NCBI RefSeq assembly: GCF_963921235.1
Contig: NC_086108.1
Location: 95,790,001 to 95,854,000 of the forward strand
Source of the DNA: Mobula hypostoma
Taxonomy: Eukaryota
Length of the DNA: 64,000 nucleotides
Direction: 5' to 3'
Positions within the stretch are counted from its first letter, which is position 1. Each line of letters opens with the position of its first letter. The notes beneath the pieces are model-generated. The model was not told where the DNA came from, made no database searches, and worked only from the letters and a program-made list of their open reading frames with translations. The position numbers and the translations under genes are program-made. Positions 48,486 to 60,122 of the stretch are shown piece after piece.

Positions 48486-51400
48486 AGAAAAAAAACGCTA
48501 CAGGAAGGATAAAATTGCACTTGGAGAGGGTCCAGAAGGCAATATGCAGTATGTTGCTTTGGATGGAATATTTCAGCTACAAGGAGAGGCTGGATTTAAT
48601 CTGTTTTGCATTCAGACCATTGCTAAAATGATTCAAGGAAATGGGAGTTTGGCCAGAATGAGCCACCTCTGCATTACAGGACTGTCTCAAACTTAGTGAC
48701 TGGAACAAGTTCAGGGAGGCGGCTGTCCATCATCATCATATCAACATCGTTGAATACGCAAGATCTGCGACTGGCGACATGGTGCAGTGCATTGAGGACG
48801 TCACCAGAAATATGCACCTTGCATCTTAGGTCAACCTGTCAATCTCCGGGCCAATGTCACTCAGGGACTTGTGTGATCATTATTTTGTGACTGTATGTGC
48901 TGAATTGTAACTACATGAGCCGAGTGTAGCTATATGTACTGTGTTTTGCACCTTGGCCCTAGAGGAACAATGTTTCGTTTTGCTGTATACGTGTGTATGG
49001 TTGAATGACAATAAACTTGAACTCACTTTGGAGCAGGGAAGACTGCAGCCTTAATGAACGATGGAGCAGGCTTGAGGGGATGAATGACACACTCGTGTTC
49101 CAGTTTCTTACATGCATGCATATGAAGAGATTTTTATTATATTGCAAAATTAATACTGCAGGAAGAACTGCCTGAAAGCACAGGTGAGACAGGCTTAGAA
49201 GAGGGGAAACTAGGAACTTGAAACTTCTAACAGGGAATCAATCTGATGTCCTCTGGGAATCATAGTTAGGCTTTGGGGAAAGAGCAAAATATTTCAAAGT
49301 GTCATCACAGGCAAGGCGGGTTTCCTTTATTGGCCTACTTTTATACGAGAATCTATCATTCAGAGAAAATTTCAGCAGACAACGTCATGGTCTATTAACC
49401 TGCAGGTGCACTGCAGTAAAAAATCCAGCAGAATTTCCCAGGCAAACAAAGCAAAATCTTTAAAAAAATGTCAACGCAAAAATACTGTGAGCACAATTCC
49501 AATTTTGTTTTTTTATTGCATATTAGCAATGCAAATTTTTCTGGACAAAAATCACCTTTTATTCTGTGAAAGGTCATTGACCGGAAACATTAACTATTTT
49601 TCTCTGCCCACTGATTCCGTCTGACCTGCCAAATATCTCTGTCATTTTTCAGTAGTGAAAAGAAAGTGAGCAACAAATACATGAGGATTAAAAAACGTTC
49701 CTTTGTAAATGAATCGGTCTTTTATTTTGTTGCTTTTTTTGCCAGACAGTGTTGGCAAAACATTGTTCCTTTGTTTGCAATGTTGCTGATTTCAGAGTTT
49801 TTCACAGCATGTTAAGTTCTATACGGAAGCTGCTTCTTCTGTTTCTTTTAAATATATATTATACTACAGACATCAACTCACTCCCCTAAACACAGTTAAA
49901 TACATTAGCTCATTCACTACTGGGAAATAAAATTTGCTTGGCTCTTCAGCAATTTTTAACCAGCCTACATGGCCACAGGTGTGAACTTCAATGACAAAAC
50001 ACACTAGAGTGTCAGGATGCCCCAGTGGCCGAGAGAGTTAACTAAAATAGAGAAAGCACAAGGGAAAGAAGATGTGCAAGAGACCAGAGGCAAAAGGGGG
50101 TGGGGGGAGAACTCAAGAAATGGTGAAGCTTCTAAGGCTGAGGAAGATATCAGAGACTGGAAGGGGATAGGCCACAAAGGGACTTAAACTCAAAAGGAGA
50201 ATTTTAAATTGGCTCCAGTGTGACTGGAAACTCTCCACGTTTCTATTAGATATGTGGATTACAGCTCTACAGTGTTACATGAAATAATCCATACAGATAT
50301 GATTTAAAATGTGTTCAAAACCTTTGCCAAGCAACGACAGTAAAATCTTGATTGATAGAATTGAAGGACACATGTTCTACAGATCTAAATAGAAGATTAA
50401 ACACTGAAACTCAGCATTCAATCTAATTGCTTTCTTGCTGGCGACACGAGGGACAGCAGGCGCTGAAACTTGAAGCAACAAATCTGAAGACATGACTGAG
50501 AATGAATCTCTGTGGCTGCAGCAACAACAGGGTGAATTTGTGGGGTGCAACACCAGGGTGGGAACATTGGTTCCGTTTGTTGAGCTGCAGCCTCACAGGA
50601 CCAGAGACCTGCCAGTCCAATCCTGATCACCAGCATGGACTTCCAATATTCTCTCTGTGATTGTGCATGTTTCTTCCAACTTTTCAAGGGTATGTGGATT
50701 AATGGGAAACAGTCGGGATGGGAAACAGTTTCTTCCCTCAGGCTATTAGGCTTCTGAACTCAAAGGTTCATTTTATTATCAAAGCATTTATGCTTAATAC
50801 ATCTCTGATACTTGTTTTCTCCAGATAGCTGTAAAATACAGAAAAACCATAGAAGTAATTCAAAGAAAAGACATCAACCCCTTCACACACAAAGAGAAAA
50901 AACCAAAAGCTCGCAAACCCCAAACCTCCCCCAACCCCTCCCTCGCACTAAAATGAACAGATCACTCACACGGAAAAGCGACAGCAAGAACGTCAAATCC
51001 CAAACCCTAAATCCCCAGCCTGCCAGTTGGCAACAAGAAAGAATGGGCGAGAACACAAAAAAAAACACATAGAACTGAACGAGGCCAATATGAACTACAG
51101 TCCAATTGACAAACCTCAGAATTGCGATAACGTCTTCGAGAACATCAGGAAGAGCAACCACTCAAACCCAGCGGCCCCTCCAAGGGTAGTGACTCCCTGC
51201 CACATCGCATTCAAAGTGTCACCGATTAATCTGTCCTGTACCTTACAACATTTCATCTGTGCACTTTACTTCCTTTATTTATGCGCAATTCATCTGTAGA
51301 TTTTATTGTTACTTTCCTGAATTATTGTGTATTATACATATGTGTGTTATGTGTACTACTGTGCTTTACACCCTGGTTTGGATGAACGTTGTCTCATTTT

Positions 51401-51669
51401 ATGGTATACATGTATATAGTTAAATGACAATAAACCTGACTTGAATTGTCAAAGTCAAAGTTGCATATATTGTCATTTGCATGAGTCCATGTATGCACAG
51501 GTACAATGGAAAACTTGCAGCAACACCACAGCTACATTGCATTATATAGAAAAACATAAAGTCTACACAATTCACTGAAAATTGCATCTGGTATGCCCAT
51601 GACTGGTAAAACCTAAGGCAAGTTGATGGGAATGTGGGATGAATAAAATGGCATTAGTATAGACTATAG

Positions 51670-52680
51670 CAAATAACAGGAATTCTGCAGATGCTGGAAA
51701 TTCAAGCAACACACATCAAAGTTGCTGGTGAACGCAGCAGGCCAGGCAGCATCTATAGGAAGAGGCGCAGTCGACGTTTCAGGCCGAGACCCTTCGTCAG
51801 GACTAACTGAAGGAAGAGTGAGTAAGGGATTTGAAAGCTGGAGGGGGAGGGGGAGATGCAAAATGATAGGAGAAGACAGGAGGGGGAGGGATAGAGCCGA
51901 GAGCTGGACAGGTGATAGGCAAAAGGGGATACGAGAGGATCATGGGACAGGAGGTCCGGGAAGAAAGACGGGGGGGGGGGGGTGACCCAGAGGATGGGCA
52001 AGAGGTATATTCAGAGGGACAGAGGAAGAAAAAGGAGAGTGAGAGAAAGAATGTGTGCATAAAAATGAGTAACAGCTGGGGTACGAGGGGGAGGTGGGGC
52101 CTAGCGGAAGTTAGAGGTCAATGTTCATGCCATCAGGTTGGAGGCTACCCAGACGGAATATAAGGTGTTGTTCCTCCAACCTGAGTGTGGCTTCATCTTT
52201 ACAGTAGAGGAGGCCGTGGATAGACATGTCAGAATGGGAATGGGATGTGGAATTAAAATGTGTGGCCACTGGGAGATCCTGCTTTCTCTGGCGGACAGAG
52301 CGTAGATGTTCAGCAAAGCGGTCTCCCAGTCTGCGTCGGGTCTCACCAATATATAAAAGGCCACATCGGGAGCACCGGACGCAGTATATCACCCCAGTCG
52401 ACTCACAGGTGAAGTGATGCCTCACCTGGAAGGACTGTTTGGGGCCCTGAATGGTGGTAAGGGAGGAAGTGTAAGGGCATGTGTAGCACTTGTTCCGCTT
52501 ACACGGATAAGTGCCAGCAGGGAGATCAGTGGGGAGGGATGGGGGGGACGAATGGACAAGGGAGTTGTGTAGGGAGCGATCCCTGCGGAATGCAGAGAGA
52601 GGCGGGGAGGGAAAGATGTGCTTAGTGGTGGGATCCCGTTGGAGGTGGCGGAAGTTACGGAGAATAATATGTTGGACCCG
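51670..52680 (-). mobile_element. Penelope-like element: GIY-YIG endonuclease C-terminus plus pLTR
   Basis: ORF 52111..52692: CKRNKCYTC..FTCESTGVIYCVRCSRCGLLYIGETRRRLGDRFAEH..LRLEEQHLIFRLGSLQPDGMN. Confidence 0.93.
51768..51805 (-). ncRNA. Minimal type-I hammerhead ribozyme motif (intact core, GUC site)
   Basis: TAGTC-CTGACGA-A-GGGTCTCGGCCT-GAAA-CGTC-GACTG: stem I, catalytic core CUGANGA/GAAA, stem II, palindromic ACGU in place of stem III. Confidence 0.72.
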
Positions 52681-53439
52681 CATATATAGCAAATGGATGT
52701 TTTATGGTCAACATGGACTCAGTAGGTCAAAATCTCGGTTTTCATGCTATATGGTTCTATAGCATATTAACATATTGCATTGCCTATCATCATAACCAGG
52801 GGAATACAACTCTGAAACATTAACACCGTTTCTGAAATTGCAAAGGATTCATGCAAATCCCTTCACTGTTAGTACTGTACAATAAATCTGTCCATACCTA
52901 CCAACAGAGGGGATAATATCAAGACTGAATTTGATTACATTGCAAAAAAAAAAGAGATTGACAGGAAGGGGGATATTTCTGTTTTACTCTTTAAAATAGG
53001 ACATATTTTATCATTTAAGCTAATGGAGGTCACGGGAAACAGATGTGGGTATATGTTACAGCGGTGATTAAAGAATGGATGAGCTTGTAAAAATCTATAA
53101 ATTCTGATAAAGAATATAAAGTATCAGTTAAACCTGCTGAGTATCAGGTATGTAAAAATGAAAATAGTTCACGGGTAACTTTTAATAAAATATTTATCTT
53201 ATGCAAGTCATTTATTACTAAATCTCAATGGAATCCAATAATCTGCCTGAGCATAATTAAGATTGCAATATTTGTCTCACTTAGAATTAAAGAAGAATTA
53301 AAACAAGGTTCTGAAAGCCAGCAACCTACACAACATGCTGGAGAAACTCAGCAAATCAGGCAGCATCCGTGGAGGGAAATAAACAGGCCCTGATGAAGGG
53401 TCTCAGCCTGAAACATCGACTTTATTTCCCTCCATAGAA

Positions 53440-53840
53440 AATCAGTCATATTTAATATTTCTGAATATGTCATGAAATTTGTTATTTTGTGGCAGCAGTA
53501 CAGTGTAGTACATAAAAAAACTATAAATTACAATAAGAAATACATACAGTCTAATTAACATATATATAACGAAATAAGTAGTGTAAAAAAATAGAGAAAA
53601 AATTGTGAGATAGTGTTCACGGATTCATTTCCCATCCAGAAATCTGATGGCAGTGGGGAAGAAGCTGTTGCTAAAACATTGAGTGCGTGTCTTCAGGCTC
53701 CTGCACCTCCTCACTGATGGTAACAATGAGAACAAGGCAGGTCCTGGGTGATGGGGGACCTTAATGATGGAAGCCGCCCTTCTGCGGCAGTGCCTTTTGA
53801 AGATGTCCTCGATGCTGGGGAGGCTCGTGCCCATGACAGA
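53440..53840 (-). mobile_element. Rex1/Babar-type 3' fragment inside a Penelope fold-back mini-element
   Basis: RRAASIIKVPHHPGPALFSLLPS (ORF 53625..53894); flanked by pLTR arms at ~53325-53437 and ~53845-53878. Confidence 0.78.
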
Positions 53841-54127
53841 TCCGGCTGAGTTCCTCCAGCACTTTGTGTGTGTGTTACTGAAGGTTTGCAGCATCCCACA
53901 CGTTTGTGAAAAAAACAGTTAACGCAAAGGAAGCGGGAACAGGATCAACAGAAGGAGATGATGTGGTTTATTTATCAGAACATATCATATGAGAAAGGGT
54001 TGACTGTACATACCTCACTTTTCACAAACTAAGTCCCACTTAAAGGAAAGTAATCCAGCAACTGTGTGGCTACGACAATAAAATAAATGACAAAAATTCC
54101 ACTTTAAGATTCCATAACATTAATTAC

Positions 54128-54133
54128 TTTATT
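54128..54133 (-). terminator. Candidate distal polyadenylation signal of EPHX4
   Basis: AATAAA on minus strand at the end of an AT-rich UTR-like tract, followed by U-rich sequence. Confidence 0.3.
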
Positions 54134-56661
54134 AAAATTACAATATTTTACATTACAATTAAAATAAATACAAATTACATCAAGAGCACTGTGATAAAAT
54201 TATACTCGATAATTTGAACAAATAAATTCACATTTTCTTAGAAGGCTTTGTTTACAAAATATGATCCTAATGTGTTTCTGAAGAAGTATAGTTTATGTCA
54301 CTAAATGTCACTTTATCTCATATCTGTTTGACTTACTGACCAATAATGGGAATTATGGGCCTTTTGAAAAATAAATTACTTTCTTTGGTAGTAGTACGAT
54401 ATTTTATATATTCCATAAAATGTAAGGTAAATTGGAAGTTATTATACATGAAGTACGCTCTATCTCTAACTAAGGGACCGTGGTAAAGCCAGAACAGCAA
54501 CACAGTGCATTCTAAATGAACAACAGCATTGATACAAAAATATATTGGTTCCCATCTACCCTGTGCCACTAGGCTGAGCGCATTAGGGTCTTATAGCATT
54601 CCTGACTTGTTCAAGTACACCTGCTTTCACATCATTTAATTTCCTCATGGAAGCAAAAAATCCCAAATGGCTTAAAGTCTGAGGAAACAGCACAGTACCT
54701 AGCCCAAAAATTCCATTAGTAAAGAATGGACCATTGAAATATGCCAATTTTTTAGAACACCAATACTTTATGATATAGGATTTTGACAATTTGCTTGACA
54801 TCAGTGTATAAATTAAGACCATAAGACACAGGAGCAGAATTAGGCCATTCATACTTTCCCTCGCAACCCCATTCTCCTGTCTTCTCCCCAAGATCTTTGA
54901 CGTCCTGACTAATCAAACATCTATCAACCTCTGCTTTAAATATAACCAACGACTTAGCCTCCACAACCATCTGTGGCAATGAATTCCACGGATTTACCAA
55001 CCTCGAGTGAAAGAAATTCCTTCTCATTTCTGTTCTGAAGGGACATCTGAGGCTGTGCCCTCTGGTGCTGGACTCCCCCACTAACCATTCCACATCCCCC
55101 AGGCCTTTCAATATCGGGGGAAAGGAGCCACCAGACAAATACATAGAGAGGCTAATAAGTTTAGGCCACTTGTCAATGAAGCTACGCTCTGAGTGCTGAT
55201 GAAAGGCCATGGCCCGAAAGGTGACTGTTCATTTTCCTCCATAGATGCTGCCAGACCAACTGAATTCCTCCAGCATTGTGTGTGCATGTTGACCTCTTGT
55301 TCATAAGTCATGGATACAGCATGGACTTGGGCCCTTTCGAATCACCGTGTCAGTACTGACCAACAGTCACCTGTTTGCATACGATCTCCTACTTTAATAA
55401 AATGTTCTTTCACTTCACTTTTGGGAATGCCGTCTTTACCTCAATGCCAAAATCATTCTCTTAAGAAGAGCTTGAACAGCACAGTGCTTTTATTTGTTCA
55501 TCTTCCTCAACATAAATTTCCATAATTTATGCTTGTGCTGCACTGCGATATAATTTGGAGTACCATAGTTCTATGGTAGCGCGCTCAGCGATCGCTCAGA
55601 GATTCTAATCTCCTTACTGGCTATAGGGTCTCACTACAAGGTGAGAAACATGGCTATTTCTGTGGGGATGGAGACTCCTGAACCAGTGAGGATAACTTCA
55701 CACACCACCATTGAACTGTTCCCACAGCTTATGGACTTAATTTCAAGGATTCTTCATCTCACGTTCTTGATATTTATTGCTTATTTATTATTATTTTGTT
55801 TCCTTTAAAAAAAATTTTTGTATTTGCACAGTTCGTTGTCCTTTGCATTCTGGTTGTTTGCTCGCCATGTTGAGTGTGGTTTTTCATTGATTCTATTGTG
55901 TTTCTTTGTATTTACTGTGACAGTCTGCAGGAAAGTGAATCTCAGGGTAGTATTTGGTGACATCTACGCACTTTGATCATGAGTTTACCTTGAACTTTGC
56001 CTTTGAAACCCAATTCTTCTTTCTCTACCCTCTCATTTCTAAACCATAAAAATAAAAGTGTGGAACAAAAAAGGAAATAGAAATTAACCAATCATATTTT
56101 GACTTCTTTTTCCCTGTCCATTAGTACACTCTCCAATTAAGTGTGTTTAGCATGCCAGCACTTTGATATTTTGAGCACCACTCCAAGAGCCACTGAGTAG
56201 ATTGCTGAGATCTGTAGTCCAGAACGTCAGATGACAATTACTCTCTTTCGCAATAAAAATATTAATACAAATACATCCCAGTAAGTCATCAGTCAGCATG
56301 ATTTGCATGAAATGAACACCGAACTTCAGCGCTCTACTTGACTAGTACAGGGAAGATGCAAGTGAGTGCTCTCAGGGGGTAAGAGGAAGAAAATTTCGAG
56401 TCTGCGATCATCCATGAAAGGTGCAGCCAGCACAACAAATAAAACAAACTATGCAATCAAGCTCACCTTTAGAAACAAGACAGCACGGATTGTCAGATTT
56501 TAATAGACTATATTGCCTAAGAATTTGTATCCAAAATGTTAGTACATTCTAAATACAAAGAAAATACCAAGAAGATTCATTGGTGCTGTGTCCTGCACCA
56601 AAGGAATATGTGAAGACTAACCTTGGGCTTGTGTTTCTACCAATGAGAGCTTGCTAGAGGC

Positions 56662-57228
56662 TTGATGAGGAAACTGAGGTCCTTTAACATCTGCCGGACG
56701 ATGCTGAGGATGTTCTACGAGTCTGTGGTGGCCAGTGCTATCATGTTTGCTGTTGTGTGCTGGGGCAGCAGGCTGAGGGTAGCAGACACCAACAGAATCA
56801 ACAAACTCATTCGTAAGGCCAGTGATGTTGTGGGGATGGAACTGGACTCTCTGACGGTGGTGTCTGAAAAGAGGAAGCTGTCCAAGTTGCATGCCATCTT
56901 GGACAATGTCTCCCATCCACTATATAATGTACTGGTTGGGCACAGGAGTACATTCAGCCAGAGACTCAGTCCACCGAGATGCAACACAGAGCTTCATAGG
57001 AAGTCATTCCTGCCTGTGGCCATCAAACTTTACAACTCCTCCCTTGGAGGGTCAGACACCCTGAGCCAATAGGCTGGTTCTGGATTTATTTCATAATTTA
57101 CTGGCATAATTTACATATTACTATTTAACTATTTATGGTTTTATTACTATTTAATTATTTATGGTGCAACTGTAACGAAAACCAATTTCCCCCGGGATCA
57201 ATAAAGTATGACTATAACTATGACTATG
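56662..57228 (+). mobile_element. Young Rex1/Babar 3' fragment
   Basis: ORF 56662..57072 (RKLRSFNICRTMLRMFYESVVASAI..SFLPVAIKLYN), AATAAA + (TATGAC)n tail. Confidence 0.9.
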
Positions 57229-58985
57229 AATAGTCAGTGAATTTATTCTTACATTTTAATTTCATCCACCTTTTCTGATTTTAGAACCATCTCAAAAAAA
57301 AACCTACAGCCCTTAGAAAAGTTTGCCAAGTATAAAACTACTTGTTTCTTCAGACCACCGACCACTGTGCATCCAGGGATAATTGTCAATGTGTTACAGA
57401 CTTCCCATCAATGATTTAGATTCTGCTCTAAACCTGGTTCACAGGGAAAGCCGAAAAATTCAGGTTGATCAGAGGAAATCCCAATGTAGTCCCCACTATT
57501 CCTCACCACCTCCACTCATTGTCAGTGTGTCCCCGCTGACAACTCTGCCAAGAACTGTCAGGATTCATGCAGAGGGAGGTTGCATATTTTGATATCCAGG
57601 AAAGGGCGGCATATCAGCTAGGTTTTTTCTAAATACACTGACAAGATATGAGTAAGGGCAGCATTTATTGCGGGCCCTGAATCAGAAGCTGGTGGTGAGC
57701 TATTTTATTGAACTAGCCTAGTCCCTTTGGGTGAAGGGACCCCTGCAATGCCTTTGGATAGGGAGTGGCAGTTTGTCTGCACGTTGGGTGTTTAGCGGTT
57801 TTCTTTTGTTTTAATGGGCTTTATTGGGTTTCTTTGTTTTGTGGCTGCCTGTAAGGAGACAAATCTCAAGGATGTATATAGTAAACATACTTTGATAATA
57901 AATGTACTTTGTACTTTAATTTAGACCGAGCAACGACAAAGGAATGGCATCAGATTTCCAAGTCAGTGTGACTTGTGATTTGCAGGGGAACCTGCAGGTG
58001 GTGGTATTACCCTACAACTACACTCCTTGTCCTTGTATCGAGGTCTGGGAGGCGCCATGCCTCCTATAAATGGTCCACTCTGGAGTCCTGGCAACTTCAT
58101 GAGGTCAGTCCTTCCTCAATGTCCAACTAGATAGTTTACAGAGCTCTGCAGAGACTGGTTCCTAATTAGAAAATAATCCGTAACCTTTGTACCTAGAATA
58201 TAACAGCTGGGCAATCTGTCCATATTTTCCTGTGGATGAATATATACATTTTATATGGAAACCCAATTGTGACTACAGCAATATGCTCAATACCTAACCC
58301 TTGTCAATAAAAACATCAATCTATACAACTTAAAAATATAAAATATAAACATCCCCATTTATATTTCCAGAAATGGCACTCATCATTTATTTTCTGAGGA
58401 AGAATCTGGTGAAAGGCACCACAAAGTAAAGAGTACGTTCCACTCATTTACATGGTGATGTCACTATTCCTTATTTACAAGTTTTAAGGCTGGTGTTTGC
58501 ACGTGCAAAGATTCAGGAGTATGAATGCTATGATGCTGTCTTAAAAGGTGTTGGATCTCTTTCAATTCAAGGTCTCTATCTCCTGTATCTCCAGTTTTTC
58601 CAGTTCTGCCCTACTTGTCAGCAACACTCTGAAAACAGTTCAAGATTCATAGGTCTTTTCGATGACCCCCTTAAGCAGATAACTTGACTCTGTCTGAACC
58701 TCTCGGCCAAACCATATACGTACACAGAAATGAGGTCATTAGGAATCTTAATAAGTATATTGTAGAGACATTTTAGGAACACCCCAACTTTAAATGGTTA
58801 CAGCTCAGCATTACATGTAAATAGTGCATCGATAAAAGTACAAACCTCACAAGCAGACTTTCATTCAGCACCAGAGTTTAGACAGCACATGTAAACGGTA
58901 AACTAGCTACAGGTAAACGGCACAGAAAAACATTTAACTGGAGCTGTCACGTGATCTTTGCGCCTTACTTCAGTGACAGCCGGTC

Positions 58986-59208
58986 TTACTGGACAACTTC
59001 CTTCAGGAATGCCCAGATCAGATGGTTGACCAGCTCTGGCTGGTCCTGCTGAAGCCAGTGACTGGTGTCGGGCACAACGGTCAGTCTGAAATAATTCCTT
59101 ACATAGGACTTTGAGAGCTCAGCCATTCGGAATTCCAGGAATTCTTCGTTTTCTCCCCACAACAACAGGGTGGGTGACACCACCTCATTCTGGTTCAAGG
59201 GCAGGTTC
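58986..59208 (-). CDS. EPHX4: Epoxide hydrolase 4, last coding exon
   Basis: NLPLNQNEVVSPTLLLWGENEEFLEFRMAELSKSYVRNYFRLTVVPDTSHWLQQDQPELVNHLIWAFLKE matches EPHX4 C-terminus incl. catalytic His (SHWLQQD); acceptor tttgttttacag before 59208; TAA at 58986-58988; synteny with BTBD8. Confidence 0.93.
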
Positions 59209-59547
59209 CTGTAAAACAAAGGTCACCTTGAATGAAAGAAGTTCAAAGGACAACGCATGGGAATTCGTGCTTCTGTTTTTTAATTTATCTAAAAGTAAAC
59301 TATGACCCAGTTCCTTTTGTAGTCTGTCATGTTACCCTCCCAGTTCTATCCAAAGAAGGGAGGGAAGTAAAAAGTGGTTAACTATAGACTGTCCGGCTTA
59401 ACATCTAGTTAATGTTTGGATCAATTATTAAAGAAGTATTATCATCACATTTTGAAAATCGTAATCTAGTTAAGCCGTTAGTATGACAACATAAAGGGGA
59501 AATTTTGTCTAACAAATTTATGAGTTTTTTGAGGAAGTCTTCAGCAG

Positions 59548-60122
59548 AATGAATGGGGGAGGAGGGGAAATCAGGAGTGAATGGGGGAGGAATCAGGAGT
59601 GAATGAGGGAGAGGGGAAATCAGGAGTGAATGGGGGAGGAATCAGGAGTGAATGGTGGGGAGGGAAACCAGGAATGAATGGGGGGGATTAGAAGTGAATG
59701 AGGGGGAGGGGAAACCAGGAGTGAATGGAGGGAGCGAAACCAGGAGTGAATGGGAGGAAGGGAAAATCAGGAGTGAATGGGGGAGGGGAAAACTAGGAAT
59801 GAATGGGGGGAATTAGGGGTGAATGAGGGAGAGGGGAAATCAGGAGTGAATGGGGGGGAGGGGAAAACAGGAGTGAATGGGGGGAGGGAAACCAGGAGTG
59901 AATAGGGGGGGAATTAGGAGTGAATGAGGGAGAGGGGAAATCAGGAGTGAATGGGGGAGGGGAAATCAGGAGTGTATGGGGGAGGGAAAATCAGGAGTGA
60001 ATGGGGGGTGGGGATAAACCAGGAGTGAATGGGGGGGGAGGGAAACCAGGAGTGTGTGGGGGGAGGGGATATCAGGAGTGAATGGGGGGTAGGGATAAAC
60101 CAGGAGTGAATGGGAGGGGCAA
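59548..60122 (+). repeat. G-rich minisatellite, ~20-27 bp unit GAATGGGGGAGGGGAAA(T/C)CAGGAGT
   Basis: More than 20 degenerate tandem units directly visible. Confidence 0.95.

Noticed and set aside
59548-60122. CRISPR-like or telomeric array
   Set aside because: No unique spacers, no TTAGGG units; eukaryotic minisatellite
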